Shown here: in pieces, positions 37,987 through 49,625 of the stretch
How the letters are laid out: each line of letters opens with the position of its first letter
How positions within the stretch are numbered: the stretch's first letter is position 1
DNA from: Trueperaceae bacterium
Lineage (GTDB): Bacteria > Deinococcota > Deinococci > Deinococcales > Trueperaceae
Direction of reading: 5' to 3'
Assembly (NCBI GenBank): GCA_965213925.1
Contig: OZ243927.1
Location: 3,840,001 to 3,904,000, forward strand
DNA: 64,000 nucleotides
The notes under the pieces: generated by a model
Told to the model about the DNA's origin: nothing
The model's input: only the letters and a program-made list of their open reading frames with translations
Database searches by the model: none
Translations under genes and position numbers: made by a program

Positions 37987-39210
37987 GTGAAGAACAATGC
38001 TCAGGTTAAAAAGGTCGTCCTCGCTTACTCGGGCGGGCTCGACACGTCGGTTATTTTGCACTGGCTTAAAACCCACCTCAGCACCGAAGTCATCGCGTTT
38101 ACCGCCGACATCGGTCAGGGTGAAGAGGTCGCGGAGGCGAAGGCGAAGGCGCTCAAGACGGGCGCGGTGAATGCTTATGCAGACGATCTCACCGAAGCGT
38201 TCGTCACCGACTTCGTCTTCCCAGTGCTGCGTTCCGGTGCGACGTATGAGGGCTACTACCTCTTAGGCACCTCATTCGCCCGCCCACTTATCGCCAAGCG
38301 GATGATCGAAATCGCCAAACGCGAAGGCGCGGACGCGGTGGCGCACGGCGCGACGGGCAAAGGCAACGATCAAGTGCGCTTCGAACTTTCCTCTTACGCC
38401 TTAAACCCCGACATCAAAGTGATCGCACCCTGGCGCGAGTGGGATTTGAAGGGGCGCGAAGACTGCGTCGCGTACGCCGAAGCGCACGGCATCCCTGTTC
38501 CCGTCACCAAAGAAAAACCTTATTCGACGGACGCCAACCTCTTTCACACCTCTTACGAAGGCGGCGTTTTGGAAGACCCATGGGCGGAAGCCCCTAAAGG
38601 GATGTGGCAGCGCACCGCCGACCCGGAAGACGCGCCGGACACGCCGCAGACCCTAGAGATCGACTTCGAAGCGGGCAATCCTGTCGCGATTGACGGCGAA
38701 CCCCTCTCCCCCGTTGCTCTCTTACAGCGCGCCAACGAGATTGCAGGCAAACACGGCGTCGGGCGCATCGACATCGTGGAGAACCGCTTTGTCGGCATGA
38801 AGTCGCGGGGCTGCTACGAGACGCCCGGCGGCACGCTCCTCTATCACGCCCACAAAGCAGTGGAGTCCTTGACGCTCGACAGGCAGGTGCTGCAACTCCG
38901 CGACGAACTCGCGCCGAAATACGCAGGAATGGTCTACAACGGCTTCTGGTACGCGCCCGAGCGGGAAGCGCTACAAGGGATGCTGGACGAGATACAAAAG
39001 CCCGTTACGGGTACGGTCAAGCTCAAGCTCTACAAAGGCAACCTCACAGTTTTAGGACGCAAGTCGCCCAACAGCCTCTACCGCCAAGACGTCGTGACGT
39101 TCGAAAAGGACGACGTCTACCACCAGGGCGACGCCGACGGCTTTATCAAACTGAACGCCCTGCGGCTGCGCATCGCGGCGCAAGCGGGGAAAGAGCCTGT
39201 CAACTCGTAA
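37987..39210 (+). CDS. argG: Argininosuccinate synthase
   Basis: [40 protein letters not shown]. Confidence 0.97.
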   Translation: MKNNAQVKKVVLAYSGGLDTSVILHWLKTHLSTEVIAFTADIGQGEEVAEAKAKALKTGAVNAYADDLTEAFVTDFVFPVLRSGATYEGYYLLGTSFARPLIAKRMIEIAKREGADAVAHGATGKGNDQVRFELSSYALNPDIKVIAPWREWDLKGREDCVAYAEAHGIPVPVTKEKPYSTDANLFHTSYEGGVLEDPWAEAPKGMWQRTADPEDAPDTPQTLEIDFEAGNPVAIDGEPLSPVALLQRANEIAGKHGVGRIDIVENRFVGMKSRGCYETPGGTLLYHAHKAVESLTLDRQVLQLRDELAPKYAGMVYNGFWYAPEREALQGMLDEIQKPVTGTVKLKLYKGNLTVLGRKSPNSLYRQDVVTFEKDDVYHQGDADGFIKLNALRLRIAAQAGKEPVNS

Positions 39211-39337
39211 AAGAGGTTTTTTCGAAGGTGTCCCGTTTTGTGTATACATGGAAATTGATTTTCGTCTCTTACAGACATTGCGCCACCATATGCACAAAAC
39301 GTGGTACACCGCCGTTTTTAAGGTAAAGGAGAAAAGC

Positions 39338-39808
39338 GTGGCACTCGTACCACAAGAACGCTCACAGCAAAAAACAAGAGGGCAAGCCGCTAAGGTGAGG
39401 CTTGCGGAACTAGAGGACGCTCCAAACGTCGCGCAATTTCTCGGTGAGGTTAGGGAAGAATCCACAACGCCTGAAGAGGTCGAAGTAAACCTCGAGCAGG
39501 GCGGCGCACTCCTCCTAGAGGGTTCAGGCACGCTGCTCTGCGCGCTTTTGTGGCTCGAGACCCCGCACGGCTGGACCCTGGAGCAACCCGCCGTAGCGGA
39601 AGCGTACCGCGACCAAGAGCTGGACCGCTGGGTCCTGACGAAGTTGGAGGCGTTGGCGATCAGGCGCAACATCCCCTTTCTTAGAATGAAGCTCAGGGAC
39701 GAAGCGCTGCTCGCCTACTTCGGGCGCATGGGGTATCGGCTCGAGGCGGGACGTGACCTCTTGCTGAGTAAGCGCGTCGGGGGAACGTGGCAGACGCAAG
39801 GAGCCTGA
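39338..39808 (+). CDS. GNAT-fold protein (degenerate acetyl-CoA motif)
   Basis: VRLAELED start, AVAEAYRDQELDR in motif-A position, YFGRMGY; AAGGAG RBS before GTG. Confidence 0.65.
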   Translation: MALVPQERSQQKTRGQAAKVRLAELEDAPNVAQFLGEVREESTTPEEVEVNLEQGGALLLEGSGTLLCALLWLETPHGWTLEQPAVAEAYRDQELDRWVLTKLEALAIRRNIPFLRMKLRDEALLAYFGRMGYRLEAGRDLLLSKRVGGTWQTQGA

Positions 39809-40004
39809 ACTTCTGAATATATTTACATGAATTATACAAAAAGCTAAATATGGCAACCTTTTGTCAACCTTCGACCTCTACAATGAAAGTAACCTCACTC
39901 GGACAGGAGGAGAAGGTTGCTTTCTTGCGACTTTTGCGCCGCTTGTACACCCTGCTGGTTGGAGGATGCAACATAAATAGGAGGGCGTGCGAAAGCCTCT
40001 TCAC

Positions 40005-40039
40005 ACAGTACTACTGACTGTCGGTAGTACTGTTATACT
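40005..40039 (+). promoter_or_regulatory. Palindromic operator plus -10 box of leaderless TA operon
   Basis: ACAGTACTACTGAC-T-GTCGGTAGTACTGT (14-bp arms, 1 mismatch) then TATACT 6 nt before ATG. Confidence 0.75.
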
Positions 40040-40045
40040 TGCAGC

Positions 40046-40453
40046 ATGGACAGCGTGAAATGGAAGCTCAAGGCGTATCTGGAGCACCACAAGCTGAGCG
40101 CGTATGCGCTCACGAAGGCGACTGACCTCTCCCCGAACACGGTTTATACCATCGCAAGAGGAGACACGAATCAGGTTAGGCTCGAGACACTTGCGGGGCT
40201 TCTAGGGGGGCTGCGCAAACTTACGGGGCGTGAGGTGAGCTTAGAAGACGTGCTCGAGCATGAATACCGGCCCGAGTCTGAGGAGAACGCCTTAGAGCGT
40301 GAGCATGCGTTATGGGAGAGCGCCCTTTTAGAGGCGAGCGGCAGCCCGGTGCATGAACCTTATGACTGGGGTGACGTTAGTCCTGAGACGCTAGGCGAAC
40401 CCCTACGCTACATCGAAGGTCGAGGCTGGGTAGAGGGCGACGAGCGTGGCTAA
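40046..40453 (+). CDS. XRE/Cro-type HTH antitoxin
   Basis: LSAYALTKATDLSPNTVYTIARG HTH; acidic C-tail PYDWGD; overlaps toxin start. Confidence 0.75.
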   Translation: MDSVKWKLKAYLEHHKLSAYALTKATDLSPNTVYTIARGDTNQVRLETLAGLLGGLRKLTGREVSLEDVLEHEYRPESEENALEREHALWESALLEASGSPVHEPYDWGDVSPETLGEPLRYIEGRGWVEGDERG

Positions 40454-40811
40454 CGCACCGCAGATCGGCGAGGTTCTACTCGCACGCTTGCCCAGACACC
40501 TCCCTTCCGGGCACGAGCAGGAGGGAACGCGCCCGGTGATTGTCGTTGGTGAGCCTGAGCGCGTCGGCTCGTCGCGCTTTCCGCAGGTCGTTGTTGTTCC
40601 CGTGACCTCTCAGGTCGGCGCATGGTCACAGGGTAGCGGGCTCTACCTAGCTCTTGAAGCAGGCGCGGGTGGACTGACGCGAAACTCGGTGGTGATGCTC
40701 GACCATGTGCGCGGCATAGATGCAAAGCGCATCATGCGGCGTTTGGGCAGGCTGAATCAGGACGAGTACGCACCTATCGCGCAGAGCGTAGGGACGATGT
40801 TCGGCTTGTAA
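40446..40811 (+). CDS. PemK/MazF-family toxin
   Basis: GHEQEGTRPVIVV, VVPVTS, SVVMLDHVRGIDAKRI. Confidence 0.92.
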   Translation: MANAPQIGEVLLARLPRHLPSGHEQEGTRPVIVVGEPERVGSSRFPQVVVVPVTSQVGAWSQGSGLYLALEAGAGGLTRNSVVMLDHVRGIDAKRIMRRLGRLNQDEYAPIAQSVGTMFGL

Positions 40812-41436
40812 TGTCTTTTCAGCTCTAAAGAAAACCCCCATCTCTCCGTTTCAGGCCTGAAATCTGGTTATTGAGAACATGAACGATTTGAAGATGACGC
40901 CACAAGAGGTAAACGCAATCAATCGTAACAATGAACACTCCGTGAACGTAAGAGCGTGAAAAACAGAACGTCCTATGTGCTTCTGTACAGCGTTCTGCAC
41001 GCTTTTCCGGCACCATGAGGCGTGATGAGGCGCGCTTTAGAATCTCTACTCAGCAACGTGTGTGGGCGGATGCGCAGACGCACCTTCGTGCCGCTCGTGA
41101 CGCTGGGCTACGCGGTGCTCTTCGTGCCTTTTCTGCTCGCTACCATTGCGCCGGGGCTCGTTTTACTCGAGCTAACCCCCGCCCTCACCACGCTTTTAGC
41201 GGTTATCAACTTCGCCGCGCTCGGCTTTGTCTACGTTGCGACGGCTTTTGTCGCGGCGAAGCGGCTTCAAGATATGAACCAGTCGGGCAAATCTGCCGTT
41301 TTGACCCTCTTACCCGGCGGCTTTCTCCTGTTACTATGGATAGCCACGCAGCCACCCGTCGATAGCGAGCGCGGAGGCAACCGCTACGGGCGTAACCCGC
41401 GCGTGGCGTGGGGAGCAACCCAGCGGGAACAAAGAG

Positions 41437-42891
<1,455 letters not shown>

Positions 42892-42926
42892 CGCAAGTCT
42901 AGCCCATTAGGAAGGTCCCGAGCGGC

Positions 42927-45900
42927 TTACTCCACCGTGACGATGAAAGGCGTTTCGAAGGTGGCTCTGGCATTCTCGTCGAAGCTTGCGATCGTGTTGT
43001 CTAGCGCGACGGGCGTCGAATTCGAGTCCGGCGCGATGTCGCCTGCGCCGTAGTTGTCGCCGCCATAGATACCTGCGTAGAGGTTGACGGTCGTACCGGC
43101 GTCCGGCTGCCCTTCAAAGCCCAGCACCGTCCAAGGAATCGCAGCTTCGGTGGTGAACGCGGGCGCACTGCCCGCTGTGGCGACGGGGTAGCGCGCGGTC
43201 AGGCGGGTCACGTCAGTATCAGAAGCGACGTCGTAGAGCTGCGCGTCTTGTCCTTCGAACTGCGAGAGGAAGAAGTCGACGGGCTCGCTAAAGGTGACGA
43301 GGCGCGGCAGCGTACTGAAATTTTCCGCCGACGCGCTGCCGCCCTCCATTGCGTCTAGGTAGAGGATGACGAAGTTGCCCGACGCCCGGTAGGTGTAGCC
43401 GAGGTAGAGGTAGGTCTCGTCATAGTCTACGAGCAGCGCCTCGAAGTTGTTGTCGGGTCCGAACACACCTTCGCTCGGGCTTTGTAGTGACGTCGCCGGC
43501 TCCGTCCAGTCAGAGAGGTCGCCGTCGATGACGTACTCCGTAACCCCGGTCTGCGCAGGTTCCAGAGAGAAATCCACGTTTTCGGCGGGCGCGGTGGCGT
43601 CTTGGGTGGCGTCGTTCAGACCTGTCCTCGAGGCGGTAAGCGTCGTGCTCTCCCCCGTCGGAAAGGGCAGGTAGTAAGACCCGTCGGAGAAGGTGAAGGC
43701 GTAATAAGCGGCTGGATTAGCTGACGACTCCACGAGCACTGTGCTGAGCGGTGCGCCTTCCGAAGTAACGGTGCCTTGAATGGCGGCGTCAGGCACGGGC
43801 GTAACGATGAAGTCGTAAACGCCTTCGTAAGTTAGCTCAGCTTCGTCAATGAGCAGGGGGCGGTTCGTCGTGCCGGAGAGTCCGTCCTCGTAGCCAGCAT
43901 TCTTCGCGTTCGGCGCGTCGTTGGAGAACTTAAAGGAGATTTCGCGGAGCAAGGGAAGCTCCAGCGTCGTCCTGTAGAAGCCGCGCTGACCCTCCACGGG
44001 CGTCATCGGGTACTCCAACTGCTCACCCGTGTCGAAGCGGCGGATTTCGATGTCGGCGCTACTCCCTTGCGAGCGGGCGTCCACGGTGAAGGTCACTTGG
44101 GCGGTGGCATCGGGGTCTGGCGTGGCGGTGACCGAAGTGCCGTCCGACTCGCGCCCGTCACTGTCCACCGTGACCACGTTGAACTCGTAGGAGGTGCCGT
44201 TCTCGAGCGTGTAAACCACGGCTTCGGACGCCGTCACGCTGGTGAACTGCCCAGCTTGAAATTCTCCACCTTCCGCCCGGTAGAGCACGCGGTAGCCGAC
44301 AGCCGCATCGTCTTCGACGGGCGTCCAACTGAGCTTGACCGCGCCGTTACCCGGTAGCGCGGAGAGGTCGGTGACGTTAGCTAGGTCGGGGTTGCTGCCG
44401 CCGCCTTGCCCCGCCTCGGCGCTCAGCGCGAGCAGCGTGCGCGCAGGAATCGTCCCGACGAGAAGTCCGTTTTGCAGACTCAAGGGGTTGTCGCGCCCGG
44501 TCACTTCGCTCAGGGCTGCGCCGTCTGCAAAGGTTCCTAAGAGCGGTACGCCGTCAGCGGGTAACGTTGAGAGGTCGATGGCTTCGTCCGAGTTGTTAAG
44601 CACCGCCACAACGGGCTGTTCGCCCTCTAGGGTGCGGCGGTAGGCTAAAATTTGCGTCCCCGTATTGCTCGGCTGCGCCAACACCTCATGTGCGCCTCGC
44701 GTAAGGGCAGGGTAAGCCGCTCTCGCCTCGGCTAACGCTGCCAAGCGCTCATCCAAGGAGGAGTCCGCCAAGCGGGAGAAGTCCATATCTGCACGGTTGT
44801 CGGGGTCGTTGCCCCCTTGCAAGGCGATCTCCGTGCCGTAGTAGACCATCGGATGACCGCGCGAAGTGTAGATGAGCGAAAGCCCTAGGTCCAGGCGCTC
44901 TTGCGCATTTTCGTACGAAACACCTTTGTTTTGCGAAACCGTCACGAACCGCGCCACGTCGTGGTTGTCCACAAAAGTCGTGAGGCGCGTAGGCTCATCA
45001 TAGGCAGCGTCCTGCGCGAAGATATCCGCCACGCCGTCCAAGTTTCCGTCCGGTCCTGAAAGTTCCTCGTTGATCGCGTAATGTAGTGGGAAGTCGAACA
45101 GGGAGGGAATGCCGATGTCGTTCTGATATTTGGCGATGAGCCCTACGTCACCGCTAAAGACCTCGCCTACCGTCCAGATGCGCTCGGGGTCGCCCGCGCC
45201 GCCCGGCGCGAAGAAGTCCTCCCAGTAGAAGTCGGGCACGTGCTTGACCGTGTCCATGCGGATGCCGTCAATGCCGATTTCTTCGACCCAATAGCGCACG
45301 GTTTCATCCAAGAAGGGCGGCACCTCTTCGTTCGCTTGGATGAAGTCGGGCAGCTCGGCGAGAAGACAGGCTTGCTCGTTCGGGGCGGCGTCGGTGTAAC
45401 AGATGGGCTCGTCACGCAGCCACTCGGGGCGCGTCTCCATCATCGTTGAGCCGTAACCTGTGTGGTTCACGATCATATCTTGGATGATCTTGATGTCGTT
45501 CTCGTGGGCGGTGCGCACGAGCGTCTTAAGGTCGTCCAAGGTGCCGAAGTGCGGGTCGGTGCGCAAGAAGTCCTCCGCCCAGTAGCCGTGAAAGCCCGCG
45601 AAGGGTCCCTCGTCTTGAAAGAACTCAAAGTTATCCATAAGAATCGCGGGGACCTGGTAGTACACGGGCGAAATCCAGATGGCGGTGAAGCCAAGCTCAC
45701 CGAAGTAGCCCTCTTCTATTTTCTGCGTGATGCCCGCCCAGTCGCCGCCGTGCCAGAGGCGTTCGTTGCTGAGGTCGGCTTCGTCGAAGGCATCCGGACG
45801 CGCCGCGCCATCGTCGTTGCTGGGGTCGCCATTGTTGAAGCGGTCCGTGAAGGCGAAGTAGATGTTCTCGTCGCGCCAATCCACCCCTTCAATGCGCTGA

Positions 45901-46382
45901 GGCTTGGCGGAGTCGGGCTGGACACCCTCTAGCTCGAGCGTCAAAGTTCCCGACTCGCTCACGTTACACGCCACACTCTCTTGCGCGGTGAGCGTGCCCG
46001 ATAAGGTATCGGTGAGGATGAGGTCAGCGTCTAGGGTCGCCTCGACATCACCCGATAAGGTCGCTGTGCCCGTAACGGTTTCACCTGAAACTGTCCCCTC
46101 GAACGGTCCTGACGCCATCAGTCCTGTCTGCCCGCTGACGAGCGAGAGCGTCCCACTCAGCGCGTCACCTTCTCTCGTGAAGCTAAGCTCGCTGACGACG
46201 AAGGTGTCGATTTCGCAGAGTTGAAAGGGAACTTCGGAGGCTCGCCACACCTGCGCGGCGTCCCCCCCTACAGGGTCGTTCACAGTATTTTGAGGCGTTA
46301 GACCGCACCCAGCGAGGGCGATAATTAAGGAGAAAATCGCGGCAAACCGATAAGACCTGCACCCAGCTATGAACTTTTTCAT
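42927..46382 (-). CDS. Multidomain GH13 alpha-amylase-family lipoprotein (GH13 + FN3 + accessory beta domains)
   Basis: Lipobox LAGC; DRFNNGD, HGYW, NHTG, GIRMDTVKH, GEVF, FVDNHD; FN3 VKLSW...GYRV. Confidence 0.9.
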   Translation of the reverse strand: MKKFIAGCRSYRFAAIFSLIIALAGCGLTPQNTVNDPVGGDAAQVWRASEVPFQLCEIDTFVVSELSFTREGDALSGTLSLVSGQTGLMASGPFEGTVSGETVTGTATLSGDVEATLDADLILTDTLSGTLTAQESVACNVSESGTLTLELEGVQPDSAKPQRIEGVDWRDENIYFAFTDRFNNGDPSNDDGAARPDAFDEADLSNERLWHGGDWAGITQKIEEGYFGELGFTAIWISPVYYQVPAILMDNFEFFQDEGPFAGFHGYWAEDFLRTDPHFGTLDDLKTLVRTAHENDIKIIQDMIVNHTGYGSTMMETRPEWLRDEPICYTDAAPNEQACLLAELPDFIQANEEVPPFLDETVRYWVEEIGIDGIRMDTVKHVPDFYWEDFFAPGGAGDPERIWTVGEVFSGDVGLIAKYQNDIGIPSLFDFPLHYAINEELSGPDGNLDGVADIFAQDAAYDEPTRLTTFVDNHDVARFVTVSQNKGVSYENAQERLDLGLSLIYTSRGHPMVYYGTEIALQGGNDPDNRADMDFSRLADSSLDERLAALAEARAAYPALTRGAHEVLAQPSNTGTQILAYRRTLEGEQPVVAVLNNSDEAIDLSTLPADGVPLLGTFADGAALSEVTGRDNPLSLQNGLLVGTIPARTLLALSAEAGQGGGSNPDLANVTDLSALPGNGAVKLSWTPVEDDAAVGYRVLYRAEGGEFQAGQFTSVTASEAVVYTLENGTSYEFNVVTVDSDGRESDGTSVTATPDPDATAQVTFTVDARSQGSSADIEIRRFDTGEQLEYPMTPVEGQRGFYRTTLELPLLREISFKFSNDAPNAKNAGYEDGLSGTTNRPLLIDEAELTYEGVYDFIVTPVPDAAIQGTVTSEGAPLSTVLVESSANPAAYYAFTFSDGSYYLPFPTGESTTLTASRTGLNDATQDATAPAENVDFSLEPAQTGVTEYVIDGDLSDWTEPATSLQSPSEGVFGPDNNFEALLVDYDETYLYLGYTYRASGNFVILYLDAMEGGSASAENFSTLPRLVTFSEPVDFFLSQFEGQDAQLYDVASDTDVTRLTARYPVATAGSAPAFTTEAAIPWTVLGFEGQPDAGTTVNLYAGIYGGDNYGAGDIAPDSNSTPVALDNTIASFDENARATFETPFIVTVE

Positions 46383-46490
46383 ACGTGAGATTAACATGGT
46401 TCGCTCGGAAGAGGTAGCGTCAGCTCTTCATGAATGTCTCTGTAGATTTTGAGAAGATCAAGATATGTAGATTCAAATGTCTATAAAGCG

Positions 46491-47360
46491 TCAACTCGTG
46501 ATGAATTTATTGAAGCAAGCCATGTCTACTTCATAAACTATTTTTGGGTGCAGACCAAGCTCGACTTTCTCGAACATCTCAATAAGCTTTGTGCCGTCAA
46601 CTAATTCAATCTGCGGGGCTCCATCGCGATTGGCTTCTTTCGTCGCTTCAGCCGTGAAGGTGCCTGTTGTTAGGATTGTGCCCTTCTCCGCGCGCCCGAT
46701 CATCGCGTTCCTAAAATCGCCTACCTGGGACCTCGAGACTGATCCCTTATAACGCTTGCACTGAAAAAGCACTTTGAAACTTACAAAGAGGTTAAGCTCC
46801 AATACGCCGTAACCATCAATGCCACCGTCATGAGAAGCGCCCGTCACCTGAACGTTTTCGAATCCGTGTTCGCGCAAAAGCTCGCGGCAGATTCGCTCAA
46901 AACCTGATGGGGGAAGTTCGCGGAGTATTTCGAGCAAGCTGAGCGACGTTTCTTGCTCGTACTCTTCCGGGGCTTTCTCCTCTTGTTCTCGGATGACCTT
47001 ACTGTTCGCCTTCGCCTCTCTTGCTCTGCGGTGAATCTCCACCCACTTGAGAAAAAGCTCGCGCGATTGGTCTCTGTTGAGCGTTGTGTGTTTACCTTTT
47101 TCAGTTAGCTTCCACGTCCCATATTTAGATGAGTCGAGCAATCCTTCCCAAACAAGATGCTGCCTCGCCCACGCGACTTGATTGTGGAAGCGGCTCGCAC
47201 CTGACTTTAGGGTTTCATCTAACGTCTCGTTACTCAGATCGAGATTCTCCGCAATCTTGCTAGAGACCTCTCGAGGTTTGCCAGAATCCCCCAAATCTCT
47301 CAGCGCATTCAAAACAGGACCGAACCACTTCACGAACTCAGCTTGCTTTTTTCTCGCCAT
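46491..47360 (-). CDS. mrr: Mrr-family type IV restriction endonuclease
   Basis: Mrr N-terminal RFHNQVAWAR; catalytic DGGIDG...QCKRY; IELVDG. Confidence 0.9.
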   Translation of the reverse strand: MARKKQAEFVKWFGPVLNALRDLGDSGKPREVSSKIAENLDLSNETLDETLKSGASRFHNQVAWARQHLVWEGLLDSSKYGTWKLTEKGKHTTLNRDQSRELFLKWVEIHRRAREAKANSKVIREQEEKAPEEYEQETSLSLLEILRELPPSGFERICRELLREHGFENVQVTGASHDGGIDGYGVLELNLFVSFKVLFQCKRYKGSVSRSQVGDFRNAMIGRAEKGTILTTGTFTAEATKEANRDGAPQIELVDGTKLIEMFEKVELGLHPKIVYEVDMACFNKFITS

Positions 47361-47444
47361 ATCGGTCTTAATTGTACAACGTTAGCTTTATCTAAATCAC
47401 AAAAAAGGACGCCCGCAAGCGCCCTTCTCGAGAGATAGACTAAA

Positions 47445-47675
47445 CTACGATTTCTCTACCCAATCCCCATTCTCATTCTTCTCGTACTTCTGCTCCACCG
47501 CCGACCACGCCACCCTATGCGACACCTCTTCACGCGAGGCGTCCCCTCGGCGGTCCTCGGGGTCTTCGTACTGCTCCCAAGCACTGTTATACGCCGACTG
47601 GTAAATCTCTTGGGCGTGCTTGGGCAAATTATCCGTTACGGAGTCAGGCAGCTCGCTCCGCTTGTCGTAGGGCAC
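47445..47675 (-). CDS. chaB: ChaB-family protein
   Basis: MPY....LP..V...LPKHAQEIY..AYNSAW, HRVAWSAV..KYEK. Confidence 0.92.
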   Translation of the reverse strand: MPYDKRSELPDSVTDNLPKHAQEIYQSAYNSAWEQYEDPEDRRGDASREEVSHRVAWSAVEQKYEKNENGDWVEKS

Positions 47676-47676
47676 C

Positions 47677-48537
47677 CTAGCCTCCTATCACGGTACCGCC
47701 GTTAGGATGCAGCGTCTGCCCGGTGATGTAAGAGGAATCGCTTGAGGCTAAAAACACGTAGCAGGGCGCAATCTCTTCGGGTTGACCGGGCCGACCTAGC
47801 GGCACGTGCTCGCCGAAGCCTTCGACCTGCTCGGGCGGAAAGGTCGCGGGGATGAGGGGCGTCCAGACCGGGCCGGGCGCGACCGAATTGACGCGGATAT
47901 TTTTGGACGCGAGGTTCTGTGACAGCGCGCGCGTGAAGGAGACAATAGCACCCTTCGTCGAGGAGTAGTCGATGAGCGTCGGGTTCCCTTGAAAGGCCGT
48001 GACCGAGCAGGAGTTGACAATGGCGTCGCCTTCGCCCAGGTGCTGCAGAGCCGCTTTGCTCATGAAGAACATGCCGAAGATGTTCGTGCGGAAGGTGCGC
48101 TCGAGCTGCTCCTTGCTGATGTCGGTCAAGCTCTCGCACATGTGCTGTTCGCCGGCGTTGTTCACCAAGACGTTGAGCTTGCCGTACTCGTCCACCGTCT
48201 GCTGCACAGCCTGCTGTGCGAAGCTCTCGTCGCCCACATCGCCTTTGATGGCGAGGCAGCGCTTGCCTTCGGCCTCAACAAGGTCTTTAGTGTCGTTAGC
48301 GTCGTTGTCCTCTTCCAGGTAGACGATAGCGACGTCTGCGCCTTCTCGCGCGAACAAAACAGCTACCGAGCGCCCGATGCCGCTGTCGCCGCCCGTAATA
48401 AGGGCAACTTTGCCGTTCAGCTTGCCGCTCCCCTGACGTTCCGGTTGCGTCGTCTCGGGTTGCGGCGTCATCGCCTCTTCGCTGCCGGGTAAGGACTGGT
48501 CCTGGGCGGGTGGTGACTTGTGTTGGTCGTCGCTCAT
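47677..48537 (-). CDS. SDR oxidoreductase (general stress protein type)
   Basis: TGGDSGIG, NNAG, YSSTK, APGPVWTPLIP. Confidence 0.92.
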   Translation of the reverse strand: MSDDQHKSPPAQDQSLPGSEEAMTPQPETTQPERQGSGKLNGKVALITGGDSGIGRSVAVLFAREGADVAIVYLEEDNDANDTKDLVEAEGKRCLAIKGDVGDESFAQQAVQQTVDEYGKLNVLVNNAGEQHMCESLTDISKEQLERTFRTNIFGMFFMSKAALQHLGEGDAIVNSCSVTAFQGNPTLIDYSSTKGAIVSFTRALSQNLASKNIRVNSVAPGPVWTPLIPATFPPEQVEGFGEHVPLGRPGQPEEIAPCYVFLASSDSSYITGQTLHPNGGTVIGG

Positions 48538-48748
48538 GCTGCTTCCCCCTTGGTTGTAACTAGATTAGGATGCGGTCTCGGGGCGCACTGCTACTGTCTT
48601 CAATCGTTGAAACTGAAGCACCGCATTTTGAATTCTTTAGCGAGGTGTCCGTCTTGCCCCAACACCCGTTATATGAAAAATTTCGCGTTCAAACCGTAGC
48701 ATAGCGTGGTAACTCGCGTAAGTGCTGAGTTGGGGCATGCGTACTGCG

Positions 48749-49549
48749 TCAGCTTGCTTGCGCCGTCGAAATGATCTCCTCATCCTCCTCTTTATCCGTG
48801 AGGACGCTGCGCATCAGGAAGCCGTAACCGATGATGCCGATAGCGGCAAACGAGAACCACTGTAAGGCGTAACCTAAGTGCGAGCCTCCGCTGAGTTCGG
48901 GGGGCGCAGGGGAAACCGGAAGTTGGGAGGATTGTTGTGGCGTCTGTCGGTTGAGTTCGAGGTAGATAGGCTCGAGTCTATACGGCAACTGTTTCTCCAA
49001 CCGCTCCGTATTGACGAAGAAAACGGCGTCGAGTTCACCCTCAAGCGGGTCTTTCGGACCGAATCCCACCGGCTGCTCCTGCGTCGGGAAGAGAACACCC
49101 GTCACGCTGACCTCTCCGGTAGGCGGCGCAGCTTGGGCGATGGGTGGCTCGTCGAGGTCGAAAGGAACCCAACCTCTATCGACTAAGAGGGCTCGGTTGT
49201 CGTTCAGTATTAAGGGCGTAAGGACGTGGTAGCCGGGCTGTCCGTCCAGGGCTCTCGAGCGCAGCAGCACCTCGTTCTCCGCGTCGAAACGCCCCGTTAC
49301 CTCAGTGCGACGATACGCGGCGGCGTCCTCCACCGCTTCGGGTGCGGTGAGGTCGTACGCCTCTTTCAAGCGGCCAAAAGGTTGCGGCGCAGCCTCTAGG
49401 CGAGACTCTAAGAGGGTGTTGTAAGTTTGGCGCTGGTCTAAGCGTCTGAGCTGCCATAAACCCAAACTAACGAAAAGCACAATGAGCGAGAGGGCGAGTA
49501 TATGCCCGGCTATCCAGCGCGGTGTGAAGAGTTGTCTGTAGCGTTCCAT
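48749..49549 (-). CDS. SURF1-family protein
   Basis: LGLWQLRR, GYHVLTPL, VDRGWVP, HLGYALQWF. Confidence 0.92.
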   Translation of the reverse strand: MERYRQLFTPRWIAGHILALSLIVLFVSLGLWQLRRLDQRQTYNTLLESRLEAAPQPFGRLKEAYDLTAPEAVEDAAAYRRTEVTGRFDAENEVLLRSRALDGQPGYHVLTPLILNDNRALLVDRGWVPFDLDEPPIAQAAPPTGEVSVTGVLFPTQEQPVGFGPKDPLEGELDAVFFVNTERLEKQLPYRLEPIYLELNRQTPQQSSQLPVSPAPPELSGGSHLGYALQWFSFAAIGIIGYGFLMRSVLTDKEEDEEIISTAQAS

Positions 49550-49561
49550 AGCTCCTAAAGA

Positions 49562-49600
49562 GAGAGGGCTGCACAGAATTCGGTTCCGTGCAGCCCTCTC
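49562..49600. terminator. Hairpin after oxidase subunit I/III gene
   Basis: GAGAGGGCTGCAC...GTGCAGCCCTCTC 13-bp stem. Confidence 0.65.
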
Positions 49601-49625
49601 GTGAATGTCACTTAGCGGTGGGCGG

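Noticed and set aside
46491..47360. Defence island around mrr
   Set aside because: Neighbours are amylase, chaB and SDR; Mrr, Uma2 and the TA pair are dispersed, not clustered
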